From: Gemmatimonadota bacterium
GTDB taxonomy: Bacteria; Latescibacterota; UBA2968; UBA8231
Assembly (NCBI GenBank): GCA_009841115.1
Contig: VXML01000109.1
Span: forward strand, 38,911-102,910
Direction: 5' to 3'
Length of the DNA stretch: 64,000 nucleotides
Shown here: positions 16,593-26,085 of the stretch, one piece after another
How the letters are laid out: the number at the start of each line of letters is the position of its first letter
Position numbering within the stretch: position 1 is the stretch's first letter
Notes under the pieces: model-generated
What the model was told of the DNA's origin: nothing
Seen by the model: the letters and a program-made list of their open reading frames with translations, nothing else
Databases searched by the model: none
Made by a program: the position numbers and the translations under genes

Positions 16593-17855
16593 ATGGTCGA
16601 TTTGCATAAAATAAAGCCCCGACTGCAAAGCCCTATACTCGCCCAAGTCCTGACTCAATACCCCGTCGTCGTCGTACACGGGGGCCGTCAGACCGGCAAG
16701 ACGACCTTGGTTCAAGAGTCTCCTATATGCCAAGGGCGTACCTTCCTTTCCCTCGACGACTTTGATGTCCGCGATGTGGCCCAGAGCGATCCGACGGCCC
16801 TGTTCATCGGCCGCGATTGCATCACCTTAGACGAAATCCAACGACAACCCGATCTGCTACTGGCCATAAAGGCCGATGTCGATCGCCAGCGCCAGCCCGG
16901 CCGCTTTTTGCTCACGGGTTCGGCCAATCTGCTCTTGATGGAGCGAGTGGCGGATACCTTGGCCGGGCGGGCGGTCTATTTTTCCCTGCCGCCGCTGACT
17001 TGGGCCGAGATCGAGGAGCGTGGGTACGGCCAGACTCTGGACATTCTCATTGAGCAAGAGACCATTGACCAAGTCGTGCGCGCCTTGCCGGCCAGCGTTC
17101 CAGAGCCCAACAGGCCCTTGCAAGAGGCGGTACGGGCTGGCGGCTATCCAGTGCCGGCCTTGGCCGCAGACGCGGAATTTCGGGCGCGCTGGTTCGACGG
17201 ATACGTGCAGACGTATCTAGAGCGCGATCTGCGCCAGTTATCGGCCATTGACCAATTGATGGAATTTCGCCGGCTCATGCAGTTGTGCGCGCTCCAAAAC
17301 GGCCGTCTGCTCAACACAGCGTCCCTTGCCGCAGACGCGGGCCTCGCAGCGGCCACAGCACGGCGCTATATCAATCTATTGGAGATTTCTTTCCAAGTGA
17401 CTCGGGTGCCCGCCTATGCCGTCAACCGAGGCAAACGCTTAGTCAAAGCGCCTAAACTGCTGTGGACCGATACCGGACTAGCGGCTCATTTAGCCGGCAT
17501 TGCCGACTCGGACAGCTTGGTGAGGGGGCGGGAGTGGGGTTTTTGGCTAGAGAACTGGGTGGGCAACCACCTGCTGGTCTGGGCGGGTCTGCGCGTACCA
17601 AGGCTCAACATAACGCACTGGCGCACTTCCAACGGACGCGAAGTGGATTTTGTCATTGAAACCGGCCGTCGGCTCATCCCCGTGGAAGTGAAGGCCACGC
17701 CGAGGCCGTCGAGCAGGGATTTGGCCGGATTGAACGCTTTTCTCGATACCTATGAGGCCGCATCTTTCGGAGTAGTCGCCTGTCCGTGCCCGGCCCCCAA
17801 GGTGTTGTCCTCCCGCGTTATTGCTCTGCCGCTGAATCTGTTATTGCTCTGCTGA
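16593..17855 (+). CDS. AAA+-type ATPase with a C-terminal DUF4143-like / PD-(D/E)xK-like domain (COG1373-like)
   Basis: Walker A VVVHGGRQTGKTTLV, Walker B CITLDEIQ, and C-terminal GREVDFVIETGRRLIPVEVKA (a D...E-x-K pattern). The ATG at 16593 is preferred over the TTG at 16557. Confidence 0.75.
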   Translation: MVDLHKIKPRLQSPILAQVLTQYPVVVVHGGRQTGKTTLVQESPICQGRTFLSLDDFDVRDVAQSDPTALFIGRDCITLDEIQRQPDLLLAIKADVDRQRQPGRFLLTGSANLLLMERVADTLAGRAVYFSLPPLTWAEIEERGYGQTLDILIEQETIDQVVRALPASVPEPNRPLQEAVRAGGYPVPALAADAEFRARWFDGYVQTYLERDLRQLSAIDQLMEFRRLMQLCALQNGRLLNTASLAADAGLAAATARRYINLLEISFQVTRVPAYAVNRGKRLVKAPKLLWTDTGLAAHLAGIADSDSLVRGREWGFWLENWVGNHLLVWAGLRVPRLNITHWRTSNGREVDFVIETGRRLIPVEVKATPRPSSRDLAGLNAFLDTYEAASFGVVACPCPAPKVLSSRVIALPLNLLLLC

Positions 17856-17914
17856 ATCGAATAGACGAGCGCATCGCCCAATAGCACACCAAATTTGATG
17901 TCTATATGGGCCAT

Positions 17915-17934
17915 GATATATATTGGTATATATC
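17915..17934. promoter_or_regulatory. Palindromic putative operator upstream of vapB
   Basis: GATATATA-TTGG-TATATATC has perfect 8-bp arms. It lies about 43 bp upstream of the vapB ATG in an AT-rich gap. Confidence 0.4.
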
Positions 17935-17976
17935 AAGCACACTCGGATGGCGTTAGCACTGGAAGGAGATAGCAAC

Positions 17977-18207
17977 ATGGAATCTACGGCGAAATTGTTT
18001 CAGAATGGACGTTCACAGGCCGTTCGGCTGCCCAAGGCGTTTCGCTTCCCAGGAACTGAGGTCAAGATCCGTAAGGAAGGCGATGCGGTCATTTTGGAAC
18101 CACTCAAACGGAGTGAATGGGCCGATGGGTTCTGGGATATTTTTGCTCCAGATCCGGATTTTGAGATCCCCGAATCCTTGGCGACCAAACATTTTGATTT
18201 GGATTAG
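17977..18207 (+). CDS. vapB: Type II antitoxin, AbrB/SpoVT (VapB) family
   Basis: MESTAKLFQNGRSQAVRLPKAFRFPGTEVKIRKEGDAVILEP is a swapped-hairpin AbrB-type fold signature. GGAAGGAG lies upstream of the ATG at 17977. Confidence 0.85.
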   Translation: MESTAKLFQNGRSQAVRLPKAFRFPGTEVKIRKEGDAVILEPLKRSEWADGFWDIFAPDPDFEIPESLATKHFDLD

Positions 18208-18215
18208 TGGGGCTT

Positions 18216-18617
18216 ATGTACCTACTCGACACGAATATCGTCAGTTACTGGATGCGTGGAGCCGTAGCGTTAATTGCACGGATTAAAAGCCATTCACCCT
18301 CTGACTTGGCCCTTTCTACAATAACCCTTGCTGAGATAATGTACGGGATCGAAAAATCGACCAGCAGAAAGAAAGAGAGAAGGCTCAAAATACAACAAAT
18401 AGCTTCACCGCTTCACATTTATCCCTTTGATGAAGCGGCTGCTCACAAGTATGCCATCATCCGATCTCAACTTGAGAAAAGTGGTGCGATCATCAGCGAA
18501 AGGGATACACAGATTGCCTCCATCGCCATGGCCAATCAGCTAATCCTCGTTACGCACAACGTGAAAGAATTTGTGCGCGTTCCCAAGTTAAAAGTAGAAG
18601 ACTGGGCAACCGAATAA
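18216..18617 (+). CDS. vapC: PIN-domain toxin (VapC family)
   Basis: MYLLDTNIVSYWMRG...ISERDTQIASIAMANQLILVTHNVKEF. It starts 9 nt after the vapB stop; a GTG at 18207 is an alternative start. Confidence 0.85.
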   Translation: MYLLDTNIVSYWMRGAVALIARIKSHSPSDLALSTITLAEIMYGIEKSTSRKKERRLKIQQIASPLHIYPFDEAAAHKYAIIRSQLEKSGAIISERDTQIASIAMANQLILVTHNVKEFVRVPKLKVEDWATE

Positions 18618-18628
18618 GGACTCTCCTC

Positions 18629-19741
18629 ATGCGCGCGGCGATCCTTCAATCAGGAATTCTCCTGACACTGACAGCACTCGGGGCCTCTGCGGCGACGGCG
18701 CAGACCGAACTCTTCTTCGCCACCGGCGTCGATAGCACCGGCCGAGCACTCGCGCAAAGTAATGCCGACGGTCACGTGCTGATCGAGTCGCCTCAGTATC
18801 CGCGCGGCCTGTGGCTGCACTTGGTCGATGAAGCGGGGGATGCGCTGGCCGGCCTACAGGTCGAATACCAAGGCCGACTCGACAGCTTGGCGGCGATTCG
18901 CTGCGTCGATCCGGCCGGAGAGGTGCAGGAGACGCTGGTTTGGACTCGACCCGAGGGCGATCCCCTGCGCTTGACGCTAAAGCCACGTGAATCAACCAAC
19001 CTGCCGGCAGGGATTGTCTCCATCGACTGGCGCATCGACTCAACCGCCGGAGCACTGCTGGAGCCAATGACGGAGACCCAGCGGATCAGTTGGAAGGGAG
19101 TAGCGGCCTTTCTGCAGGAACGCGAGCAGAGCCAAGCCGGTCGAGTCGCCGTACAGATTGAGTCAAGTACGACCATTACCACCTGGGCAGTTGAAGTGGA
19201 TCACCCGGAGGCCATAGAGACGCTGTTGGTTCACCTGCGACAGATGCATCAGCCAGCAGGAATCTTACGCGAAGAAAGAAGAGATCTATACGTGCAAGTA
19301 TTTAGAGGAGGCTTTGCTTTACAGGAAGTCGTGATCCTCTATCTCCCCTTGTTCGCGGACGCCAATCTAAATAGGGAGGTCCGGAGGGCGGTGGGCCGAT
19401 CGCAAGGCCGCCTTACTTTGGAGGAGGTCACTTTTCTGACCGCACTCGGGGCTAGCGGTAGGGGCATTCATAGCTTGGCGGGTATCGAGCATCTTACAGC
19501 ACTAAAATGGCTAGATTTGGCCGACAACCAGATTGATGACATAGCCCCGTTAAATCAATTGAATAACTTGCAACAGCTATCTCTGTCCAGCAATCGAATT
19601 GAAGACTTGACTCCTCTGATCGACAATTCCGGCTTGGGTAAAGGCGATGATGTCTGGTTAAGGCACAACCCCCTCAGCGACCAAGCCCTCAACGAACAGA
19701 TTCCAGCCCTAAAAGCAAGAGGCGTTAACGTCGAATACTAA
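18629..19741 (+). CDS. Secreted protein with a unique N-terminal domain and a short C-terminal LRR module (LRR paralog 3)
   Basis: Signal-like MRAAILQSGILLTLTALGASAATAQ. The C-terminal ADANLNREVRRAVGRSQGRLT...DNQIDDIAPL...NRIEDLTPL...NPLSDQALNEQIPALKARGVNVEY matches paralogs 1 and 2. Confidence 0.85.
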   Translation: MRAAILQSGILLTLTALGASAATAQTELFFATGVDSTGRALAQSNADGHVLIESPQYPRGLWLHLVDEAGDALAGLQVEYQGRLDSLAAIRCVDPAGEVQETLVWTRPEGDPLRLTLKPRESTNLPAGIVSIDWRIDSTAGALLEPMTETQRISWKGVAAFLQEREQSQAGRVAVQIESSTTITTWAVEVDHPEAIETLLVHLRQMHQPAGILREERRDLYVQVFRGGFALQEVVILYLPLFADANLNREVRRAVGRSQGRLTLEEVTFLTALGASGRGIHSLAGIEHLTALKWLDLADNQIDDIAPLNQLNNLQQLSLSSNRIEDLTPLIDNSGLGKGDDVWLRHNPLSDQALNEQIPALKARGVNVEY

Positions 19742-19777
19742 CCCCCCTCCGTCCCTCTTCAACGAAAGGACTCCACC

Positions 19778-22084
19778 ATGAAAGCCCAACTCACCCTCCT
19801 CCTCGCCCTGCTGGCCCCTCTCCCCGCTCTCAGCATCGGCTACGTGTACACCGGCGTGGGCGACGACGGCCGTCAGCACCTCGAACTGACCTCAGTCACC
19901 GTCGCTGTGCAAATCGACGAGCGCATCGCCCGCACGCGCACCGACCAAATCTTCACTAACCACGCCGACTGGGAGGTGGAAGGCATCTACGAATTCACCC
20001 TGCCCGAAGAGGCGATCATCACCGACCTAGTGCTGTGGATCGGCGACAAGCGGATACAGGGAGAGGTTCTCGAAAAAGAAGAGGCGCGCCGCACGTACGA
20101 CGATATTGTGGGCCGCCGCATCGACCCAGCCCTAATCGAGCAAGTAACCCCCAATCAATTCCGCCTGAGCATCTTCCCCTTTCCGGCCAAGGGCAGCCGC
20201 CGCGTCGAATTCGAGTACATGCAACTCCTCGAATCCCACAGCGGCCGCCTCGACTACACCTTCCCGCTGGCCCCCGAGACCGACCAGCCCCTACAAATGG
20301 AGCTATTCGTGCTGCGGGCACAGGTGCGCAGCCAGCACGCCTTTGAGGTGACGACCTCGGGACTGTCGCGACTCACCGAGGTAGATCGGCCCGACGCGCA
20401 CCGCGCCAACATCTTCTTCGGCGACGAGCAGATAAAGCCCCGGGAGGACTTCACCCTGACCATTCGCCAGACCGACGACCGGCCCAAGCCAAGCGTACTC
20501 AGCTTTGCGCCACGAGCAAACGACGACCTAGGCTACTACGCCCTGTGGCTGCCGCCCCTGCCCGAGTTGACCCAAGGCGGTCCCCTGCCGCGCAGCCTGA
20601 CCTTTGTCATCGACATTTCGTCGAGCATGCAGCAGGGCAAGCTCCAAGCCGTCAAAGGCGCACTTGTCGCAGCGATCGACGCGCTGGACTCAGCGGATCT
20701 GTTCAACATTGTCGTCTTCACCCACCGGGCCGACTCCTTTGCCGCCGCCCCAGTGCCCGCCGATCCAGACAACAAGAAGGCGGCCACCGCCTTCATCAAC
20801 CAGCAAGATGCCCTCGGCGTGAGCAATTTTGAGGCGGGCTTGGGCCGCGCCATGCAGCAGGCCTTTCCCGCAAACCGAGTCAACCACGTCATCTTCCTCA
20901 CCGACGGTCTACCCACCCTCGGCGAACTCGAGCTAGAGCCTTTGAGCGAACTGGTGGGTCAGTGGTCCGCCGGCCAAGCGCGCCTGTTCACCATCGGCGT
21001 AGGTCGGGACGTGGATCAGGGTTTCTTGACCGGCTTGGCCGAAGAGCACCGAGGGGAGGCGTATTTCCTCTCGGAAGAAGGCGATATCGAGGCGGCACTC
21101 CAAGAACTGTTTGAATCCTTCACCTTTCCCATCCTGCTACTTGACGAGTTGAGCTTTGACCAAGTGGAAATCCACGACGTCCACCCGCGTGGGCTGGAAA
21201 CTCTCGCCGCTGGCCGCGAACTATTCCAAGTGGGCCGCTACCGGGGCGGCGGTACCTTCACGTTGAGCTTGATCGGCCACGTGGGGGAAGAAAACGTGAG
21301 TGTGGACTTTCCGCTGGAGTTTACCCAGAACGATGTCTCGGGCAGACTGATTCCCCGGCTGTGGGCTTACCAGAAAATCCAAGCCCTCGAAGAGCAGATC
21401 GCCCGCTTTGGCGAGCAACAGGAACTGCTCGACGACATCCTGGCGCTGGGCTTAGAATATCAGCTCGTGACGCGGCGCACCTCGCTGTTTGCCCCAGACG
21501 ACGGCGTCGAGGTCAATCCCGAACCGCGCGATGAGTTGGCGTTCGGCGACTTCGGCGACTCATTTGGCACGACAAACATCAACGACGCCCGCCCGACAAC
21601 TCACTGGTTGGGCCGCGACTTCGTGCTGCAGGACGAAGTGTGGATTGATATGGCGTACCAGCCGGGTATGCCCAAGGAGTTGTACGAAGGTCGCACCTAT
21701 CAGCCAGCCGAGCTAGCCAACTTTGCCCGGCTGGGCCAAGCTATGTTAGTGGTGGTGGAAGAGCAGGCCTACGAGATCCCCGCGAACGCCCAAGGCAGCC
21801 GGCCAGTGCTCTTACAAAACGCCCCCAACCCCTTCAATGCCTCCACGGTGATCTCCTTCCTGATACCGTTCCGTCTGGCCAACGAGGCGACTCGCCTGAG
21901 CATCTATAACTTGACCGGCCAGCTCGTGCGCGTGTTGCAGTTCGAGACGCTACAAGCCGGCGAGCACAGCCTGAGTTGGGACGGCCGCGACAACTTAGGC
22001 CGCGAAGTAGCCAGCGGAGTGTACATCTATCGGCTGGATGTAGGCGAGTGGGCCGTACATCGGCGCATGTTACTGCTGCGCTGA
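19778..22084 (+). CDS. VIT domain + von Willebrand A domain protein with a T9SS type-A C-terminal sorting domain
   Basis: VIT-like TDQIFTNHADWEVEGIYEFTLPEEAIITDLVLWIGDKRIQGEV. vWA MIDAS-like FVIDISSSM. CTD LLQNAPNPFNASTVISF...LSIYNLTGQLVRVL...WDGRDNLGREVASGVYIYRL. Confidence 0.85.
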   Translation: MKAQLTLLLALLAPLPALSIGYVYTGVGDDGRQHLELTSVTVAVQIDERIARTRTDQIFTNHADWEVEGIYEFTLPEEAIITDLVLWIGDKRIQGEVLEKEEARRTYDDIVGRRIDPALIEQVTPNQFRLSIFPFPAKGSRRVEFEYMQLLESHSGRLDYTFPLAPETDQPLQMELFVLRAQVRSQHAFEVTTSGLSRLTEVDRPDAHRANIFFGDEQIKPREDFTLTIRQTDDRPKPSVLSFAPRANDDLGYYALWLPPLPELTQGGPLPRSLTFVIDISSSMQQGKLQAVKGALVAAIDALDSADLFNIVVFTHRADSFAAAPVPADPDNKKAATAFINQQDALGVSNFEAGLGRAMQQAFPANRVNHVIFLTDGLPTLGELELEPLSELVGQWSAGQARLFTIGVGRDVDQGFLTGLAEEHRGEAYFLSEEGDIEAALQELFESFTFPILLLDELSFDQVEIHDVHPRGLETLAAGRELFQVGRYRGGGTFTLSLIGHVGEENVSVDFPLEFTQNDVSGRLIPRLWAYQKIQALEEQIARFGEQQELLDDILALGLEYQLVTRRTSLFAPDDGVEVNPEPRDELAFGDFGDSFGTTNINDARPTTHWLGRDFVLQDEVWIDMAYQPGMPKELYEGRTYQPAELANFARLGQAMLVVVEEQAYEIPANAQGSRPVLLQNAPNPFNASTVISFLIPFRLANEATRLSIYNLTGQLVRVLQFETLQAGEHSLSWDGRDNLGREVASGVYIYRLDVGEWAVHRRMLLLR

Positions 22085-22117
22085 GGAGCAATCGCCAGTC
22101 CCGGTAAACGCGAAAAA

Positions 22118-22152
22118 GCGCCCGATGCTGCCGGAGCATCGGGCGCTTTTTT
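22118..22152. terminator. Bidirectional rho-independent terminator between convergent genes
   Basis: GCGCCCGATGCT (22118-22129) pairs with AGCATCGGGCGC (22135-22146) around a 5-nt loop. It is flanked by AAAAA upstream and TTTTTT downstream. Confidence 0.85.
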
Positions 22153-22179
22153 GGATTCTCCCCTTTGCAACCTCAAAGT

Positions 22180-22557
22180 TCAGGCGTCGATATAGGGGAT
22201 GTCGTACTGTTTGAGGCGTTCGTCTCGTGTCACCAAGATCAAATTCTCCACTTTCGCCTGCGCCGCTTGTATGCGATCAAAGGGATCCTGATGGATCGAA
22301 GGCAAGGAGATCACGGCCGAGGCGTGCGCCAGAGTGATGGGCAGTGGTTGAAAGCGCTCTTCCTCTAAGACTTCTTCCAAGTTGTCCGGCGCTTTCAGCC
22401 GACCTAGCGCCTTCTTGATGGCTATCTCCCAGGCGACTGCCGCGCTGATAAAAACCGCATTCTGACCTTGGCTGATAGCGCCCCGGGCGGCCGGAGCAAG
22501 GAGTGTGGGGTCGTCGAGCCACCACAATAGCACATGGGTGTCTAGGAGAAGATTCAC
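22180..22557 (-). CDS. vapC: PIN-domain toxin (VapC family)
   Basis: MNLLLDTHVLLWWLDDP...DPFDRIQAAQAKVENLILVTRDERL. It overlaps the upstream antitoxin gene by 4 nt. Confidence 0.85.
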   Translation of the reverse strand: MNLLLDTHVLLWWLDDPTLLAPAARGAISQGQNAVFISAAVAWEIAIKKALGRLKAPDNLEEVLEEERFQPLPITLAHASAVISLPSIHQDPFDRIQAAQAKVENLILVTRDERLKQYDIPYIDA

Positions 22558-22793
22558 GGCTGTTCGCCCTCAAAGGCCGTAGCTATTTCTGCGGGCAATT
22601 CGTCGAAGTCGTCCTCCATTGCGACTTGGCCCCGCCACTGCCCTCCCTGGCGGGGCTGGACAGGTCGTTCGTACGGAACGAGTTTGGCCACTGGCTTGCC
22701 AGCCCGGCCGATGACGATCTCCTCTCCTTGGAGCACCCGTTCGACCAGTCTGGAGAGCTGTGTTTTAGCTTGGTGGATATTGGTAATATGCAT
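22554..22793 (-). CDS. phd: Phd/YefM-family antitoxin
   Basis: MHITNIHQAKTQLSRLVERVLQGEEIVIGRAGKPVAKLVPY is the Phd/YefM N-terminal signature. Confidence 0.85.
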   Translation of the reverse strand: MHITNIHQAKTQLSRLVERVLQGEEIVIGRAGKPVAKLVPYERPVQPRQGGQWRGQVAMEDDFDELPAEIATAFEGEQP

Positions 22794-22967
22794 GGATCTG
22801 CCTCCTTATGACTTAGCTAAACTTAGTTTATTATCGAAGTATGTCAAGCCAACCCAAAGAGCTATCCCTCGGGGGAAGGAACCTCTTTATACACCTATCT
22901 ATTTAATTGGAGATTCTTTTAGCTGTGGCATTTCGCCGACGTTAAAGGAAGCCAGTTCGGCGGTAGG

Positions 22968-23717
22968 CTAGTGCTCTTTGATGCTGCCCACCTGGATCTC
23001 GATGTCTTCGCGGTTGGCCACCCGCTCTAGCCGCCCATCGCGGATCCAAGCCATGCGGTCGGCGGCCGTGAGCATTTTGTCGTCGTGGGTCACGGTAATG
23101 ATCGTCGTCCCCATCTCCTGTTGCAGGCTCTTCATGTAGTTGATGATCTCCTGACCGGTGTTGCTGTCGAGATTGCCGGTCGGCTCGTCGGCGAGGATGA
23201 TGCGCGGCTTGTTGACAAAGGCGCGGGCAATGGCGACGCGTTGCTGTTGACCGCCCGATAGCTCGGAGGGGATGTGGTGCGCCCGATCGCCTAGCCCGAC
23301 GATCTTCAAACACTCCATGGCCCGCCTCTCGCCCTCGGCCGTGGTCATACCGGCAAACACAGTGGGCAGCGACACGTTCATCAGCGCGCTCATCACCGGC
23401 AGGAGATTGTAGGTCTGGAAAATGTACCCCAGCTCAAAGCAGCGCACCGCCGCTAGCTGTTGCACGTTGAGCGAGGCCAGATTGACGCCTTCGATGAGCA
23501 CCTCGCCGCCGGTGGGCGTCTGCAGGGCACCGATCATGTTGAAAAGCGTGCTCTTCCCCGATCCAGAAGGCCCCATAATGGCAAAAAACTCGTTTTCGTA
23601 CACCTGTACGGTCAAACCGCGCAGCGCGTGGACATGGGTCGATTCGTCGCGGTTTTTGGCATTGTAAACCATCTTGACTTCTCGAACATCGACGATCACA
23701 TCGCGACCATTTGACAT
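22968..23717 (-). CDS. ABC transporter ATP-binding protein (MacB/LolD/FtsE-like), with no adjacent permease gene
   Basis: Walker [10 protein letters not shown], signature [14 protein letters not shown], Walker [12 protein letters not shown]. Confidence 0.85.
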   Translation of the reverse strand: MSNGRDVIVDVREVKMVYNAKNRDESTHVHALRGLTVQVYENEFFAIMGPSGSGKSTLFNMIGALQTPTGGEVLIEGVNLASLNVQQLAAVRCFELGYIFQTYNLLPVMSALMNVSLPTVFAGMTTAEGERRAMECLKIVGLGDRAHHIPSELSGGQQQRVAIARAFVNKPRIILADEPTGNLDSNTGQEIINYMKSLQQEMGTTIITVTHDDKMLTAADRMAWIRDGRLERVANREDIEIQVGSIKEH

Positions 23718-23805
23718 AATGTGCTCCTACTATTTGATGTTGCTGCTGCAAGACCGGATCAATCTAAAATAGACCTCGCCGCAGGTCAACATTTGTCGGC
23801 ACCTG

Positions 23806-25800
23806 TCAGCTCACCTGCTGCTCCTTGATCCGCGTGATTTCATCGCGCAGATGCGCGGCCTTCTCAAACTCCAAGTTGGCCGCCGCGGCCTTCATCTGCT
23901 GCTCCAAATCGGCGAGCAGTTCCTCTTGGTCTTCTATTTCTTGGTAGTTGATCGTCGGCTCGGCTGCCAATTCAGGCGCAAGGCCGCGCACGCTTTCGAG
24001 CACTGAGGTCGCCTGAATAATCTCTTCCCGGCTGCGGTATATAGTCTCCGGCACAATGGCGTGCTCGGCGTTGTACGCCTCCTGTTTGTGGCGGCGGCGA
24101 TAGGTCTCGTCAATGGCTCTCTGCATGGAATTGGTGACGTGGTCGGCGTAGAAGATCACCTTGCCAGCGGCGTTGCGGGCCGCGCGGCCAATGGTTTGGA
24201 TCAGCGCGGTCTCCGAGCGCAGAAATCCCTCCTTGCTGGCGTCGAGCACGGCCACCAGCGAGACCTCGGGCAAATCCAGACCTTCGCGCAGCAGGTTGAT
24301 CCCCACCAGCACGTCAAACTCCCCCAAGCGCAAATCGCGGAGAATCTCGACGCGGTCCAACGTCTCAATGTCTGAATGCAGATAGCGCACCCGGATGTCG
24401 AGTTGTTCAAAATAGTCGGCGAGGTTTTCGGCCATGCGCTTGGTCATAGTCGTGACCAAGACCCGCTCGCTTCTTTCGGCCCGCTGCCTGATCTCCTCGA
24501 CGAGGTCGTCGATCTGCCCCTCTTGCGGCCGCACATCAATGGAGGGATCAACCAATCCCGTGGGCCGGATCACCTGCTCGACCACCACGCCGCCCGATTG
24601 CTTCAGCTCGTACTCCGCTGGCGTGGCCGACACAAAGACCGTCCATCCCATCCGCTCCTCAAATTCCTTGAACACCAGCGGCCGATTGTCGTAGGCCGAC
24701 GGCAAGCGGAAGCCGTGTTCGACCAAGGTCTCTTTGCGCGAGCGATCCCCGCGAAACATGCCCCGGATTTGTGGCACAGTAACGTGCGACTCGTCGATAA
24801 AAAGCAGGTAATCCTCGGGAAAGTAATCGAGCAACACATACGGCGCGGAACCCGGCTGGCGGCCGTCCATGTAGCGCGAGTAGTTTTCGATCCCCGGACA
24901 GAAGCCGACCTCGCGGATCAGTTCCACGTCGTATTTGGTGCGCGTCTCCAGCCGATGCGCCTCCACCAGCTTATTTTCGGTGCGCAGGTCGAGGAGGTGA
25001 TGCTCCAGCTCGACGAGGATTTGCTCGCAGGCTTGCTCCGTCCGCTCCTCGTCGGTCACGTAGGCTTTGGCCGGGAAGAGGCTGACGTGTTCGCGCGGCT
25101 CCAACACCTCGCCAGTGAGCGCGTCGATCAGGTAAATGCCCTCGATCTCATCGCCAAACATCTCAATGCGCACGGCGCGGTCTTCCGACCCCGGCACGAT
25201 CTCGACGATATCGCCCCGCACCCGAAAGCAGCCGCGTTGCAACTCGAAATCATTGCGGCTGTAATAAATGTCGATTAGGGCGCGCAAAATGTCGTCGCGC
25301 TCGACTTGCTCGCCCCGCCGCAGGGAGACCTTCTGCTCGTCGTATTCGCGGGGCGAGCCAATGCCGTAGATACACGAGACCGTGGCGACGACGACCACAT
25401 CGCGGCGCTGCAACAACGAGGTGATAGCCTTGAGCCGCAAGCGGTCAATCTCCTCGTTGCGCTCGACCTCCTTCTCGATATACGTGTCCGTGCTCGGCTT
25501 GTAGGCTTCGGGCTGGTAGTAGTCGTAGTAGCTGACGAAATACTCGACCGCATTGTCGGGGAAATATCCCTTGAGTTCGCCGTAGAGCTGGGCGGCCAGC
25601 GTCTTGTTGTGCGAGATGACCAAGGCCGGCATCTGCAATTCCTCGATGACGTTGGCCATGGTGAAGGTTTTGCCGCTGCCGGTCACGCCCAAAAGCGTCT
25701 GGCGGGCGTGCTGCTGTCGCACGCCCTCAACTAGCTCGGCGATAGCTTGGGGTTGGTCGCCAGCGGGCGAGTAATCGGAAACCAGTTTGAACTGATCCAT
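23806..25800 (-). CDS. uvrB: Excinuclease ABC subunit B
   Basis: [16 protein letters not shown], helicase motifs, and a C-terminal UVR domain ([13 protein letters not shown]). Confidence 0.95.
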   Translation of the reverse strand: MDQFKLVSDYSPAGDQPQAIAELVEGVRQQHARQTLLGVTGSGKTFTMANVIEELQMPALVISHNKTLAAQLYGELKGYFPDNAVEYFVSYYDYYQPEAYKPSTDTYIEKEVERNEEIDRLRLKAITSLLQRRDVVVVATVSCIYGIGSPREYDEQKVSLRRGEQVERDDILRALIDIYYSRNDFELQRGCFRVRGDIVEIVPGSEDRAVRIEMFGDEIEGIYLIDALTGEVLEPREHVSLFPAKAYVTDEERTEQACEQILVELEHHLLDLRTENKLVEAHRLETRTKYDVELIREVGFCPGIENYSRYMDGRQPGSAPYVLLDYFPEDYLLFIDESHVTVPQIRGMFRGDRSRKETLVEHGFRLPSAYDNRPLVFKEFEERMGWTVFVSATPAEYELKQSGGVVVEQVIRPTGLVDPSIDVRPQEGQIDDLVEEIRQRAERSERVLVTTMTKRMAENLADYFEQLDIRVRYLHSDIETLDRVEILRDLRLGEFDVLVGINLLREGLDLPEVSLVAVLDASKEGFLRSETALIQTIGRAARNAAGKVIFYADHVTNSMQRAIDETYRRRHKQEAYNAEHAIVPETIYRSREEIIQATSVLESVRGLAPELAAEPTINYQEIEDQEELLADLEQQMKAAAANLEFEKAAHLRDEITRIKEQQVS

Positions 25801-25983
25801 GCCTCCTCCTTGCTAGCGGCCAATCTAGCCGGATGGCAGCACCCTGTCAATGTGCCGCGTTCATATTAATGACATGATAGCACGAATTACTGCCATCCTG
25901 TCGCCATAATCTATTTTATAAATTGTCCGTTTTTCGCCGTATTCTCTTGTAAAACAGTATGTTATTTATATTTAGTACATTGC

Positions 25984-25997
25984 GGCACGTATCTTGC
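25984..25997 (+). promoter_or_regulatory. Sigma54-type (-24/-12) promoter-like motif upstream of dnaK
   Basis: cGGCACGtatcTTGCt compared with the consensus TGGCACG-N4-TTGCW, with correct GG-N10-GC spacing. It lies about 90 nt upstream of the dnaK ATG on the + strand. This is a single motif match only. Confidence 0.3.
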
Positions 25998-26085
25998 TTT
26001 ATTTATATGGGCGTCGCAGCCATAAACAGTCCGGCCATGCGCGCCTTAACACATCAACCCAATCCAAACCTTGGAGAAAAAAACA

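Noticed and set aside
22794-22967. 95-aa plus-strand ORF (22684-22971) and a possible small gene in the AT-rich spacer between phd and the ABC ATPase
   Set aside because: The ORF mostly overlaps phd in antisense, and the remainder has no coding-like character. The spacer more likely holds the phd-vapC promoter/operator (ACTTAG direct repeat around 22812-22828).
25801-26085. CIRCE/HrcA operator upstream of dnaK
   Set aside because: No sequence resembling TTAGCACTC-N9-GAGTGCTAA is present on either strand of the intergenic region.
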